A stretch of 63,487 nucleotides of DNA, counting the filler, from Basidiobolus meristosporus CBS 931.73 (Eukaryota; Fungi; Basidiobolomycota): the NCBI GenBank assembly GCA_002104905.1. It is 3 parts of 3 records of this genome, joined end to end, with 100 filler letters (N's around TTAATTAATTAA, not from the genome) between each part and the next. Parts side by side here need not be neighbours in the genome. Positions count along the whole stretch, not along the records: positions 1 to 24,840 come from MCFE01000940.1; positions 24,941 to 51,680 come from MCFE01000913.1; 1 more part is not named here. One strand, written 5' to 3'. This document shows, one piece after another, positions 23,265 through 35,419 of the stretch (positions are counted from its first letter, which is position 1; every line of letters starts with the position of its first letter). Under the pieces are notes generated by a model. It saw only the letters and a program-made list of their open reading frames with translations. It did not search any database and was not told the origin of the DNA. A program made the position numbers and the translations under genes.

Positions 23265-24748
23265 CTAATGATTGTTTTGAAGATGGAGTGAGTTGTTGTA
23301 TACCCATGCGCCGATATCGCTCGAGCTGCCCTTGGTTTTGGACTGGAAGGTGTTCAGGTTTTCCTCCGCTGGGTCGTCCAAGAAATGGAACAGCTGTTGT
23401 TTCCATTCCTCTCCGCTGTCTGCACGCTCCTTGCGTAGAGCTCTTTGAGCGTTTTCGATATCACTCTTGAAGGTGTTGGCTGCTACGTAATCTTGCTTTT
23501 GGAGGGATTCCGTCACCTTGGACCATACCTTTCTGGATTCATTGTCCTTTTGTTCTTCCAGAGGGGCAACCTGTCGCTCAGCAGGTGGTGCAGCAGTGGC
23601 ATCGAAGAAGGTTTCTGACTTGTTTGTGGCATTGTTGGTAATGGTAGAGTCAGCCATCCATCTACCCGCAATGGTGTAGAGAATGTTTTCTGGGGCCTCC
23701 TTGTTGTAAATGTTCCCGGTGAACTTGTGATATTTACCACCAAACCAAGGCTTTCCGAGGAATTCAAATTCGGTTACTAACCCATTGGAACACTCAATAG
23801 TGGTGGTGCCAATAAGTTCAAGGAAGGGGCTTCCGGTGAAGAGGGATCTGATATAAAGATCTGGGTAGGTAACCACATACACCTCGTCATTCTTGGTGAG
23901 ACGAAGGGTGACTCTTCCGGTTTGAATAACCTATAGGAATACACATTTACATGTCAGTAATGATATGGCGCTGAAGAGAGCTAATGTGAATTACCTGGAT
24001 GGTAGTTCCCTTGAACTTGGATTTTTGACCACCTGTTACAGGTTGATATTTAGTACTTCCTATTGCGCAAAACCTGGGCGCGACATGCACTTACAATGTC
24101 CGTTGACGTATACCCCAGCCTTGGTATTCTCGACGTAAAATGCGGAGATGGGTGGGTGGTGGCTTACTAAGGGGTTGTTAGAGGACTCCCATATTTCGCA
24201 AGTCAGCTGCTTATTTACCTTGTTCGGCGAGAAGTCTGGTTTCGCCACAACCGTTGATATCATTCCATTTGCAAAGAAATTGCTCTCCTAGAATTGGGTT
24301 GTAAGGCTTCTTTTCGGAGGAGCCAACACATCTAGCATAGTAACTGCCATACAGAGTAGATGTGAACCAACGAGCAGCGGCAACCATGCGATCTAACGCG
24401 GTTGATCCAGGTTAGATGCAAAATAAAGCGACAATGGGAGGGTGAATGGAGTACCAGCTGGGGATTCGGGCTCAGAGATGGCGGCAAACAGCTCCGGATG
24501 ATCAGCCCAATAGCCACTGAATACAAGTTAGTTTGACGAACTACAGCTCATGATACTTGGACACAAAAACCAACCTGTATTCCAATAGAGATATGCCATT
24601 GAGTAAGAAGCAGGGCAGGTCAAAGCAGACAGGTCACCGGTAAACGAGGCAACATCCTTCAAGAATGAAGTGAACGAGCTCTTGTATTGAGGGGCGATGT
24701 CCACAGCAGTATCGTTGGCGTTTTCGGTGTTATTGGTTTTGTCACCAT
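23265..24748 (-). CDS. KES1: Oxysterol-binding protein, Kes1/Osh4-like, multi-exon; two apparent 1-nt deletions in exon 1
   Basis: Motifs FLKDVASFTGDLSALTCPA, EKKPYNPILGEQF, LLAEQVSHHPPISAFY and ESRKVWSKVTESL. Exon 1 needs ATG G(G)T and GCT T(T)C TTA to stay in frame (PAFLLNGISLLEYS). Confidence 0.88.
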
Positions 24749-24840
24749 ATTGATAGAGCACTCTGAAGAACAAAGAGGTAAGGAATGCGGAAGACTGCGC
24801 AACTGCACCCCTAGTTAAGAAAGGACCTTTGGGGGATGGA

Positions 24841-24940
24841 NNNNNNNNNNNNNNNNNNNNNNNNNNNNNNNNNNNNNNNNNNNNTTAATTAATTAANNNN
24901 NNNNNNNNNNNNNNNNNNNNNNNNNNNNNNNNNNNNNNNN
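24841..24940. other. Artificial contig linker (44 N + TTAATTAATTAA six-frame stop + 44 N)
   Basis: An identical 100-nt construct occurs at 51681-51780. Sequence composition changes abruptly across it. Confidence 0.95.
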
Positions 24941-26475
24941 GTTTTCACCCCATGCTAAAGCATCAATGAGGCTAATAGGTGCAGTAGCTGATGGGATAGA
25001 TTCTGTGGCCCAGAGAGATCAGGAAATTGTCCAGAGACAGAATGAGCAGATAACACATTTAGTGCAATTAGTATCCCAGGTAGAGAATGCAGTACCCAGG
25101 CTGCAAAGAGGGACCCAAGTAGCTCAATGCCACAGCCAATAATTGAGTCATTTCCCAAAGTAATAGCAGAGGAACACTGTATAGTCCTTGAGGACCCCAA
25201 CAGTGTTCAATTATGAAGCCTACAAGATATCTATGACAGCATGGGAGGGAGATATTGTGGTGTATAAGCCCTAGCCCAAAAATCAAAGTCACAGAAGGTC
25301 CATGAAGTGTCTCAAGAATAGCAAAAATTATCCAAGGCAGAAGAAGAAGGGTACCATAACTAGAAACCAGTGATGTTCTCAAGAGCTTATCACAACCAGA
25401 GCTGAAAGCTCAAAAGCATACAGCAAAGAAACCTCAGGTACAAAACAGATGTTTTCTCAGGGGTTGGAAGTGCCTTCAGTTGAGCAACACTCCAGCAAGG
25501 TATATGCTTGCAGAGAAAGGCAATTTGCCTACCTCACCCACTACATCCTCCATTGTAGGCAGAGTGGAGATCCCACTGGCAGATACTGCAACCGCATCAA
25601 GAACTCAAAAGACTATCACAACACCTGCAGTGGAATTTAGAAAACAAATGCTTACACCAAGAGATAGCAGCACATCTTTGAGAGCAGTGTTGTGCATCAA
25701 CATTTAAAATTTAGCCAATTATATTCTGTTAGAAAATCTAGCACACTTAATGATACTCCCTGATCCAAACATGACTTTAACAAAATTAGGAAAAGGCAGG
25801 CAGAATACCATCACAAAATCAGCTGAATTCCAAGTGTCTCAGATCTGACAACTCTTATTATCTCATGTACTAGGAGTTGGGCAGACAAGCAGACATATTT
25901 TCCAAGTGGAGACTAGGCCTACCAGCATTCAATCCAAGTGCGGCAAATAGCTGCCCACTACTTCCATCAAAAATTGCAACTAGATATTTGAACAAAAAAC
26001 ACCAGCTGAATACCAGCTAAATACCATCAGAAAACCATCAGAGTACTGGCTGAAAATCAGATGAATTCCAAGCCTGAAAATTTTTATTGGGATGACTAAT
26101 CCCAGTTATGGCTTATTTCATCTTATCTCAGAACCTATGATTAGTTGTCACACCTGATCTGTTCCCATGTGGCCCTTATGTTATCAACTTACCTGCAAAG
26201 CCTCCCCAGATGATCAGTCATCTGAGATCTATCCACAACTTAGCATTTGCCAAGACATCAGCTAACTGATGATGCAATTGTCATTATCTTATGCACATAT
26301 TGGATCCCTAACAGACTTCAATTAGTCCAGTCTCTTGGTACCTACTGATGAAACTTGATCAAAAAAGTATGAATAAAATTTACTGAATCTTTTGGTTTGG
26401 TGTGTCTCAACCAAATCAAGATTATGTCTTAGGAAAATTAACATTGCAGCAATTGCGTTCCAGTTTCTACCTAAG

Positions 26476-27017
26476 CGTAGCATACCTAGCACCCCATAGG
26501 AATGATGATTGATTGTTGAGGGATTGCCTCTGTTATATACTTGTCTCACTGGCTAAGTAAATATTGATCATGGTGTTCCAGAAGGTTCCAGAGGTCAAAT
26601 AGAAATCTTAATGACATCAGAATGAGCTAAAAATGCTCTAAGTAGGTGCCAGAAGGTTCTAAGAGACACAGCATATCCAACCAATCAGGAATCAGTGTTC
26701 TGAAACCTATGTAGCATAGGGATAACATAAATGGTATGAAGATGATGGGAGTTGTGACATAATTTAGTCATGTATTAACAGTACTGATGCAGGTACCTGC
26801 CTCATATAAAAGCACTGATATCAAGTAATCTTACATAAAGTGAGGGATAACCTATGCAATAAGGTAAGCAGGTGTGATAGTCATCTGGCTTATAGGATTG
26901 TACTGATCAAGTAAGACAAATGGGATAAGACTAAAATAAGGGTAGCAGAAAAATAGGGAAGTAGAAAATATGGGAATGTGCACATCTCTCAGTGGGTGTC
27001 ACTATGCCACCAGTACA
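26476..27017 (-). repeat. Degenerate LTR-like repeat (probable solo LTR), copy 1
   Basis: Diverged direct repeat of 33856-34420, sharing blocks such as TTAATGACATCAGAATG, ACATAAAGTGAGGGATAAC and CAGTGGGTGTCACT. Starts TGTA and carries a TATA-like element on the minus strand. Confidence 0.55.
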
Positions 27018-27761
27018 CTACTACATACTCCTATATTGACACCTAGCCATGCTTGTTACCTTGAGCAAACTGATTCAGGCAAGTTTTTGATGCCTTTAGG
27101 CTCACCTTTGCCTTCTAAATTTTGTCTGCAGAGTGATAGTAATGAAGAAGAAGGGTTGCTGATGATATATGAGCCTATCTCCCCACCCAACAATACCTTG
27201 TATGTGCCCAGCAGAATCCTAATGTGTAATGAAACACTTGCAAAAAAAATGTCAAAAATACTTTATGGAGCCAAGTGAGCTCAGTCATAAATTTACTGGT
27301 GATTGATTCAATGTTGCAGCCAGAGAAGTGGCATACTTCCATCAATATCACCAATGGGGGCTTAGAAAATCATCTGCTACATCTTGCCAATATTTTTTTA
27401 GGATGCAACTTCCCATGTACTTGGTACATATGGCAATCATCATGCAGATGGCAACATATGATGCTTACACAATGGCAAATATTATAAGCAACTACAAAGC
27501 AACAGCTACTTTAGAATCATATATGACCATGTCTTTGTGTTGACACTTGATGTATGCATATCAGCCTTAATCTGCCATCCATCTTACCATATCAGTGCAG
27601 ACATCTGATTGCAGTCTCACTGGTATCTTGGCCTAAATCACCTTGCAACCTGGATATCTACCTGTATCCATTACTGGATTAATTGTTTATGCTATGCAGT
27701 GAGATTCTAGCTAATGACTGTCATGTCAAGGTGCATTTTATTATCTGCACAGAGAAACCCC

Positions 27762-30700
27762 TGTTGCAATTTAAGAAGTGATTTGGATATAAGGAACTTA
27801 TCAAGAAATAGTGATAATAGTTGAACTGTTGTTTATTCACAAAGAAGCTCAGTATTTATACCTTTGTAGAAGTAATACAGCTGCAACACTAAGTAGGGAG
27901 GGTTTCTCAATATTCAGGAGCATTCTGTAACAGTTTCAGGGTTAGTACATAATGTTTGGTAATAGTGCTAATTTTATCCTGACTATAGGGGAATAATCAT
28001 AAGATCATATATCTGGAGAAAGTGGCAAAGTTAAGGCAGTAAATGAGTCCTACAGTGACTAAGACTAGCCTAGAATTGTTAAGTAAATTTTTAGCTGCTG
28101 AATGATACCAAATAGTCCAATATTTCAACACTCCCCCTCAACTAAATAATTTCTTAATCCCAATTTCTCTCTAAGAATCTCAAACTGTGGCCTAGCTAGT
28201 GGTTTTGTCAATATGTCTGCCACCATTTTGTCAGTTGGGCAGTAAACCAGCTCCACTAAGTTATTTTCTACAGCTTCCCTCACAAAGTGATGCTGTATAT
28301 CAATGTGCTTAGTTCTGGCACGATTAGTAGGATTTCTAGCTAATGAAATACAACTTTGATTATCCTTGTAAATACATGTTGGTTCACCTGAATTAAAACC
28401 TAAGTCTTTGAATAATTTTTGTAGCCATATAGCCTCCTTAGTTGCTTGACATGCAGCCATATATTTGGCTTCAGTTGTAGATAGTGCCACAGTTGGTTGT
28501 TTCTTGCAATTCCAAGTAATAGCTGCACCAGCATAAAGAAATACATAGCCTGTGGTAAAGTGTCTGTCAATCAGATCCCTACCCCAATCTGAATCACTAT
28601 AACCATCAAATTTTCGCCTATTAGCTGCTCCAGAGTATTCCAGTACCATATTTATGGTACCTTGTAGATATCTGAAAATCCACTTAACTGCTGCAATTTG
28701 ATCTGATCCATAATTCTGCATGAATTGACTGACTATTCCAACTGCTACTGCAATATCTGGACATGTAGACACCATCAAGTACATTAGGCTACCAACCATT
28801 GATTGATAGGGAAAGTTTTGGTCCATATTTGAGCTGTTTTCATCTATTACTGGCTGAGATTTGCTTAATTTCAGGTTATTGTCCATGGGGGTTGCTGCAG
28901 GCTTGCAATTTTCCATTTTGAAGCGTCTAAGAATGTCCCTGATGTACTTAGACTGATTCAGCACAATTTTCTGCGTAGGTATGTCAAATTTGACCTCAAT
29001 TCCAAGAAAATAGCTCAATTTTCCAAGATCTTTCATCTCAAACTTGCTGAAGAGATCTGATTTTGTCTGTTTAAGTGCTCTTGATCACTTGTAGCTATAA
29101 TTAGGTTGTCCACATAAAGAACTAGGAAGATCACACCCTTTTTGAGCTGTTTCACATATATACTGTGATCTGCAGTGCTACAAGAGAACCCAATTTACTC
29201 TAGATATGTGTCAATCTTGTTATACCATGCTCTGGGTGCCTGCTTAAGCCCATACAACAATTTTCAAAGTTTGCACACCTTATGGGGGCTTTTTGGATTG
29301 GTAAAACCTTCTGGTTGCTCTATATATATAGTTTCTTGCAAATCCCGATTTAGAAAGGCTGCTTTGACGTCCATTTGGTGTAGATCTAGACTGTGTACAG
29401 CTGCCAGGGCTAGAACTGTCCTAATAGAGTTAAACTTGGCAACCAGAGCAAATGTTTCCTTAAAGTCTAGTCCCTGGATCTGGGAATAGCCTTTAGCTAC
29501 TAATCTAGCCTTGTACTTATCAATGGCACCATTTGAGGTTATCTTGATCTTGTAGACCCATCTACATCCTATTGGCTTTCTCCCATTTGGTAAATCTACC
29601 AGTTCCCACATTTTTGCCTTGATCAGTGATTGGTACTCCTCCTGCATGGCTTGTTGCTACTTAGTAGCATCTGGACCTTGCATTGCCTGTTCCAGATTCT
29701 GAGGTTGGCACATAAGGCAAGATAAGCTTCTTCATGATCATTGGATGTCTGCCACCAGGATCCAGGGGCATTTCTTATTCTGGTAGATCTCCTAACTGGG
29801 ATAATCTGTTCTGATCTGGAACTGGTAGAAGTATCTTCCATCTCTGGCTGGATTTGGTATGTATCTTCTTCATTTGTGTTGATTGCATCATCAGGCAGCT
29901 GGCCAATGATTTCTGTGGCTTTCTGATCTGAATTCTCCTCAAATACAACGTCCCTGCTCTTGATCAGCTTCTGAATTTTGCCATCATACACTCTATACCC
30001 TTTAGTATCTTCACAATACCCAAGAAAGATCCCTTTTCTACTCTTTGGTTCCAACTTTGAGTGTTTTTTGTCAGAGATGTGATAAAAAACATCACTGCCA
30101 AAGATCCTGAGGTGCTGGAGATCTGGTTTTTTGCCTGTATATGCTTCAAAGGGTGTAAAATCACATAATGCTGTTGTTGGGCATCTGTTCTTGATGTATA
30201 CAGCGGTAGCAACAGATTCAGCCCAAAACCTGTAGTCCATTCCCTTATCACGTAGCATAGATCTTCCCATCTCTACAATTGTTCTATTTGCACGTTCTGC
30301 TACTCCATTTTGCTGTGGAGTATGAGGAACTGTGGTCTGTTGAAGTATACCAGTAGACAAGCAGTATTTTGCAAACTCCTTTGAGCAGTATTCTCCTCCA
30401 TTGTCACTTTGTAGTACCTTCAATTTACACCCAGTTTGTGTTTCTGCCATGTTCTTGAAGTGCTTAAATGTCTCTAAAGCTTCATCCTTTGTTTTGAGGA
30501 AGTACACCCATGTATATCTTGTCTTGTCATCAATAAACGTCATAAAGTATCTCTTGGCTCCAAAGGACAGTGTTCTCATGGGGCCACATATGTCTGAGTG
30601 TACAATAGCCAATACTTTGGTGGTATTGATGCCTTCTGAGCTCTTGAAACGTTGCCTAGCTTGTTTGCCATATGAACATCCCTTACAAACATTCAATTTG

Positions 30701-32444
30701 ATTGGAATTGAGTATTTTAGGCCCAAAACAAGCTGATTTTTCACCAATTGGCTCATTTTCTGCTCCCCTATGTGTCCTAGCCTCCTATGCCACGTCTCCC
30801 AGTTGGTTTCATCAGTTTCAGCAATGTTGACATACTCAGGTACAATGATCTTGCATTGTAACTTGTATATATTGTGATCTCTGATTCCCAAAGCAAATTT
30901 TTGTCCATTTTCACTCAATATTCAGCAGCTCAGCTTAGCAAAAACAAATTTCAGTCCCTGAGTAGTTGCTTTACTGACTGAGAGTAGGTTCTTAGCTATT
31001 CCAGGTACATAGAGTACGTCAGTCAGTTTTGCTGTTGTTGCCCCTGAGTTATCACTCATATTTAGTTGTATAGACCCACTGATGGTAGCTTCCAATGCAG
31101 AGTTATCTCCCAGATAAACCTTTCTTACGGGAATAGTCTTTAAGTTGCTGAACCAATCCTTTATACCACAAATATGCTGTGATGCTCCAGAGTCAATATA
31201 CCATTCATTACTTCCGTTACTTGCACTCTCTTGTACAGTGACAAATAACTGTTCATCAGTAGTTATATGGTTTGCCTGCTCTAGTTTCTGTTTTTTGTCT
31301 GCTTGTTTCTTCTTGCATTCTCTTGCCCAGTGTCCTGGCTTCTGACAGTAGTTACAGCAGCCAGGTTTTCTTTGGTTTTGTTGCTTTCCCTTCTTTTATG
31401 TATGCCTTTCTGAACTGAATAAAGCATTATCTTCAATTTTTCTGCTTGATCATAATGTCTGAGTTCTTCAAGGAGAAGTCTTCCTTTGACATAGTCTAAA
31501 GTCCAGTTGTCTTCTCTGCTTTCAAAAGAAAGTATGAGTGGCTCATACTCATCTGGTAGGCTGCAAAGCAGACAGAGTATCTTTTCTTCATCATCTACAC
31601 CAGCATTAATACTGTAAAGTTCTTCTGCAAGTGTCTCCATTCTGGTAATGAGTTGTAGCATGTCATCATCTGGCTTTTTTCTCATGTTGAAGAACTTTTG
31701 TTTCAAATAAAGCTTGCTTGATACTGACTTTGCTCTAAAGATCTTCTCTAAGGACTCCCATGCTGCTTTGGCAGTATTTGAGGCATGGATTTGTCCAATG
31801 AAGGAGTCTTGCACATTGATGCATATTGCATTGAAGGCCTTTCTCTCCTTCTCTTGAAACTTCTCCACATCTTCTGCTGTTCCTTTGGGCTCAACTCCCT
31901 TTCCTGTTACTATGTTCCAAAGCTTTCTTTCCTCAAGGTGGATCTGCATCTTGATTCTCCAAAGTCTGTAGTTCTTCCCATCAAACCTCTCCTTTACAGG
32001 GAAGATGTTGGTATTGCTTTGTTTGCTGGTAGAAGTCATCTTTAGAATAGATTAAGGCAATTGGGGCTCATAACCTGTTGCAATTTAAGAAGTGATTTGG
32101 ATATAAGGAACTTATCAAGAAATAGTGATAATAGTTGAACTGTTGTTTATTCATAAAGAAGTTCAGTATTTATACCTTTGTAGAAGCAATACAGCTGCAA
32201 CACTAAGTAGGGAGGGTTTCTCAATATTCAGGAGCATTCTGTAACAGTTTCAGGGTTAGTACATAATGTTTGGTAATAGTGCTAATTTGATCCTGACTAT
32301 AGGGGAATAATCATAAGATCATATATCTGGAGAAAGTGGCAAAGTTAAGGCAGTAAATGAGTCCTACAGTGACTAAGACTAGCCTAGAATTGTTAAGTAA
32401 ATTTTTAGCTGCTGAATGATACCAAATATTCCAATATTCCAACA
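27762..32444 (-). mobile_element. Ty1/copia LTR retrotransposon copy 1, full length but inactivated; TSD ACCCC
   Basis: 369-bp LTRs at 27762-28130 and 32076-32444 with about 6 differences by manual comparison. ACCCC at 27757-61 and 32445-49. PBS at 32064-32075. Order gag-PR-IN-RT-RH is broken by frameshifts, a stop and YVDD->YVDN. Confidence 0.97.
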
Positions 32445-33855
32445 ACCCCAGCCACAAGGAAGATAGAGAAGGAAGATTGCTGATTTTTCTGGTCACAATG
32501 GATGGTATTGCTGTCAGACATGTGGGCTTCAGGGGAGTTACACCATAACTCACACACTAAAATATTATTCAAACATTAATATTAGGTACATTGTCTTTTT
32601 GCAGAGAGAATGTGCAGGAGTAAGCATTCAAATGCTGTAAAACTGATAAGAATTGACAAGATACTACTGATTATGTGCTACCCAAGGTATTTCTCATAAG
32701 CTCCAAGTCAAATTTATATGAATGTGCAACAGTAAAATTGAAATAGCAGCCCTTCTGAAGAAATTTCCACCCAGAGTACATTGGAAATTCTGGCAGTCAT
32801 ATACTGACATTGTATGGAAACTTATGCAGATATAGGTCACCAATGCCAACTTGATGCATCTACAGCTTTTATGCAGGGAGTTTGTGGCAGGACTTGAGTG
32901 GTTATTCTACAAGTATAAGGCTCAAATTTTGGATTGCTGCCACCACTGCATCCATTTTCTACTTTATCTTTCATGGTCTGAGAGTACAGGACCTTGCCTC
33001 CCCTCTTGGGAGTTTTTTCTATGGAGTGGATGCGTGGGGAGATAAGAAGACCAGTAAGGTAGCAAGTAGCACTATATCTCAATCTTGTCAAAAATATAAC
33101 CTTCAAGTCCATTATGGATATGGTGAGTTGTCACCTGGAGGACAGCCAGGAAGAGCTTGAGACTACTTTGGATAGTTGTCCACATTGAGCCACCTAGGTC
33201 TTTGGCATTAAGAAGCAAGGCTGCCCCAATGCATGGAAATTAGTTAGGTAATGAATGTTGGGTTGGATGCAAAAAGCCACTAATTCTTATGAGGACAACT
33301 TTACCAAGGTATGCTAGGTTTCTCCTGGGTATAAAAAGCTTTTATACCATTCAGTACAGTGTGGTGGTGTACAAGTCCAAGGGGAGATACATCCAGAACT
33401 TCTCAAGCATTTTGTGTGTAGGGTGCTCACTAAGTGCAATAACCTCTGGCAAAAGCTCGCTAGAAATACTTGGGTTCTGTCACTACTCTAATGTAAAGGG
33501 GAATATAGCCACAAGCTTGTCAAGGGGAAACTATTGAGCTATTTTCCCCAACTTAGTTGGCATCTTAACAAAAGTATATGCTGGGCTCAGCATCTTTTGA
33601 GATCACAATGTGCTAAAGCTTCCAAAGTCACAACAGTTGTATACTCCACCAGCAAGGTCTTGATAAGAATGCATCTGTGGTTAATATTTACAAAGACAGA
33701 AAACTCTCTTTGTCTGTACAAGAACAAACTTAGGAAGAATAAAATATAATAAAAGATACCTATTCTGGGTATTCCTCACAGGTAGTGCCTCCAAGGTCAG
33801 TTGGCTGTCAGCATGGTTTCCTGGGAGTGTCCTGTGATCTGGGATAGGAAGCTCA

Positions 33856-34420
33856 GGTAGCAGCAAGTAGTAGTAATTACATTAATCAACAGGTTGGTTT
33901 GTTGATAAAGGGATAATGATATAATGTTGAGGTATTGCCTCCCTTATATACTTTTCTCACTGGTCAGCTAATTACTAATCATTGTGTTACAGAAGGTTCC
34001 AAAGATCAATAGAATTCTTAATGACATCAGAATGTGCCAAGAATGTGCTAAGTAGAAGCAAGAAGGTTCTAAGTGGCACAGAACATCCAACTCATCAGGG
34101 ATCAGTATTCTAAAACCTGTGCAACATGATACCTTATGAATTGAAAATGTTAGGGATGGTGACATGGTTTGATCACATATCACAGGTCCTGGTGTGGATA
34201 ATTGCCTATTATAGAAACACTGACATCTTGTAATCCAACATAAAGTGAGGGATAACTAATGCAATAAATAAGCAGGTTTTGTGTTAGCTGGCTTATGGGA
34301 TAGTACTGATTAGAAAAGACAGAAGGAATAAAACTAAAATCAGGATCGTAGAGATTTAGGGAAGTGCAAAATATTGGAATGGACATATCTGTCAGTGGGT
34401 GTCACTGTGACCCTGCTACA
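33856..34420 (-). repeat. Degenerate LTR-like repeat (probable solo LTR), copy 2
   Basis: Homologous to 26476-27017. The termini GGTAGCAG...CTGCTACA form a near-inverted pair. Confidence 0.55.
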
Positions 34421-35419
34421 TTGGAATGTATACAAACAAGAACCAGAGTGTACCCACAAGTGGAAATAGAGACCAGCAGGGAGAAGGACTATATTACCTA
34501 AGTACGAAAAAGTATTTTGCAGAGTTCAGCAAGATATACATGACAAAAGTGGCAGTAACTAAGTGTAAGTTGGAAAGATGCTTATATTACCAGCAATACA
34601 TGGTATATGGCAACTTTGCAAGTATCACAATGGAGGGCCATAGGGTTGAAGTGATAGAATTATGTCCATTGCAATGGGTGTATGTTTATGTAGTGGTTAG
34701 CAAGCAAGAGGTCATAGTTTTTTTATTTGAGCCATATGCAAAATGTCCATTTAGGTAGTGGGTGGGCAAATAAGTTGGGATGACACTACCAGGGAATGTA
34801 TCAATAGCACAATGGGAGGCAGCACAATGAAATAGCATTTGGTAAATTTGTAGAGTTGCATTATTCAGTGCTGGCTGTAGGCCACTTTACAGCTGTTATA
34901 TTGCAAATAGAGGTCTACATCAAGGCCATTGAATTACAGTCAAGGTTCTTTCCATTTTAGGCATGTGGCTGTACCAACCAGATGTATCTGCTTAAATAAG
35001 TGTCGGTGATAGTAAAACCTATAGAATGCCATCCAAATTCTGTCAGTAGACCACTAAGAAAACATTAGATTTGTTGACCTCTATAGCAATAGAATTGGCC
35101 AGGCACCATCTTGATTCTGCCATAAGATTTAAAGAGGGTCAGGAGTTCCATGCTGATGGCATTGTGACAACAATATTGAGGGATGGTGACAGCTGAGTGA
35201 GACTGGATCCACCTGCACAATCAAATTATTTCTCACAGATAAATGCTTGCACTTCTCTGGCACCTGATGCAGTAATTAATACCTCATACTACTTATCCAC
35301 CCATGTGCACTTCTTTAGCCAGAATATTCCCAGAATGAATTTAGAATGCTGACAATGTCTTCCTCCTATGGCTAGGATTTCTATTCATCTTTCAAGTTGT
35401 CCAGAGCACTATTATTAGT

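Larger units (their letters stand above)
24941..33850 (+). mobile_element. Decayed EnSpm/CACTA-like DNA transposon, left copy (interrupted by an LTR-like repeat and by copia-1); boundaries approximate
   Basis: Removing copia-1 rejoins G[E]TPA.RKIADFSGHNGWYCCQTC, a tnp2-type D-x-PA...GH...CxxC motif. 32870-33050 reads ...EFVAGLEWLFYKYKAQILDCCHHCIHFLL. DNA homology to 40600-42980 and 47677-47830 on the opposite strand. Confidence 0.6.

Noticed and set aside
24885-24896. Palindromic TTAATTAATTAA inside N runs (also 51725-51736)
   Set aside because: It is a six-frame-stop linker added during contig concatenation, not biology. It also voids any inference of linkage between the three contigs.
26476-34420. 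The two LTR-like repeats as paired LTRs of one retroelement
   Set aside because: The sequence between them is CACTA-like plus copia-1 rather than gag/pol, the copies are quite diverged, and no shared TSD is visible. Two solo LTRs fit better.
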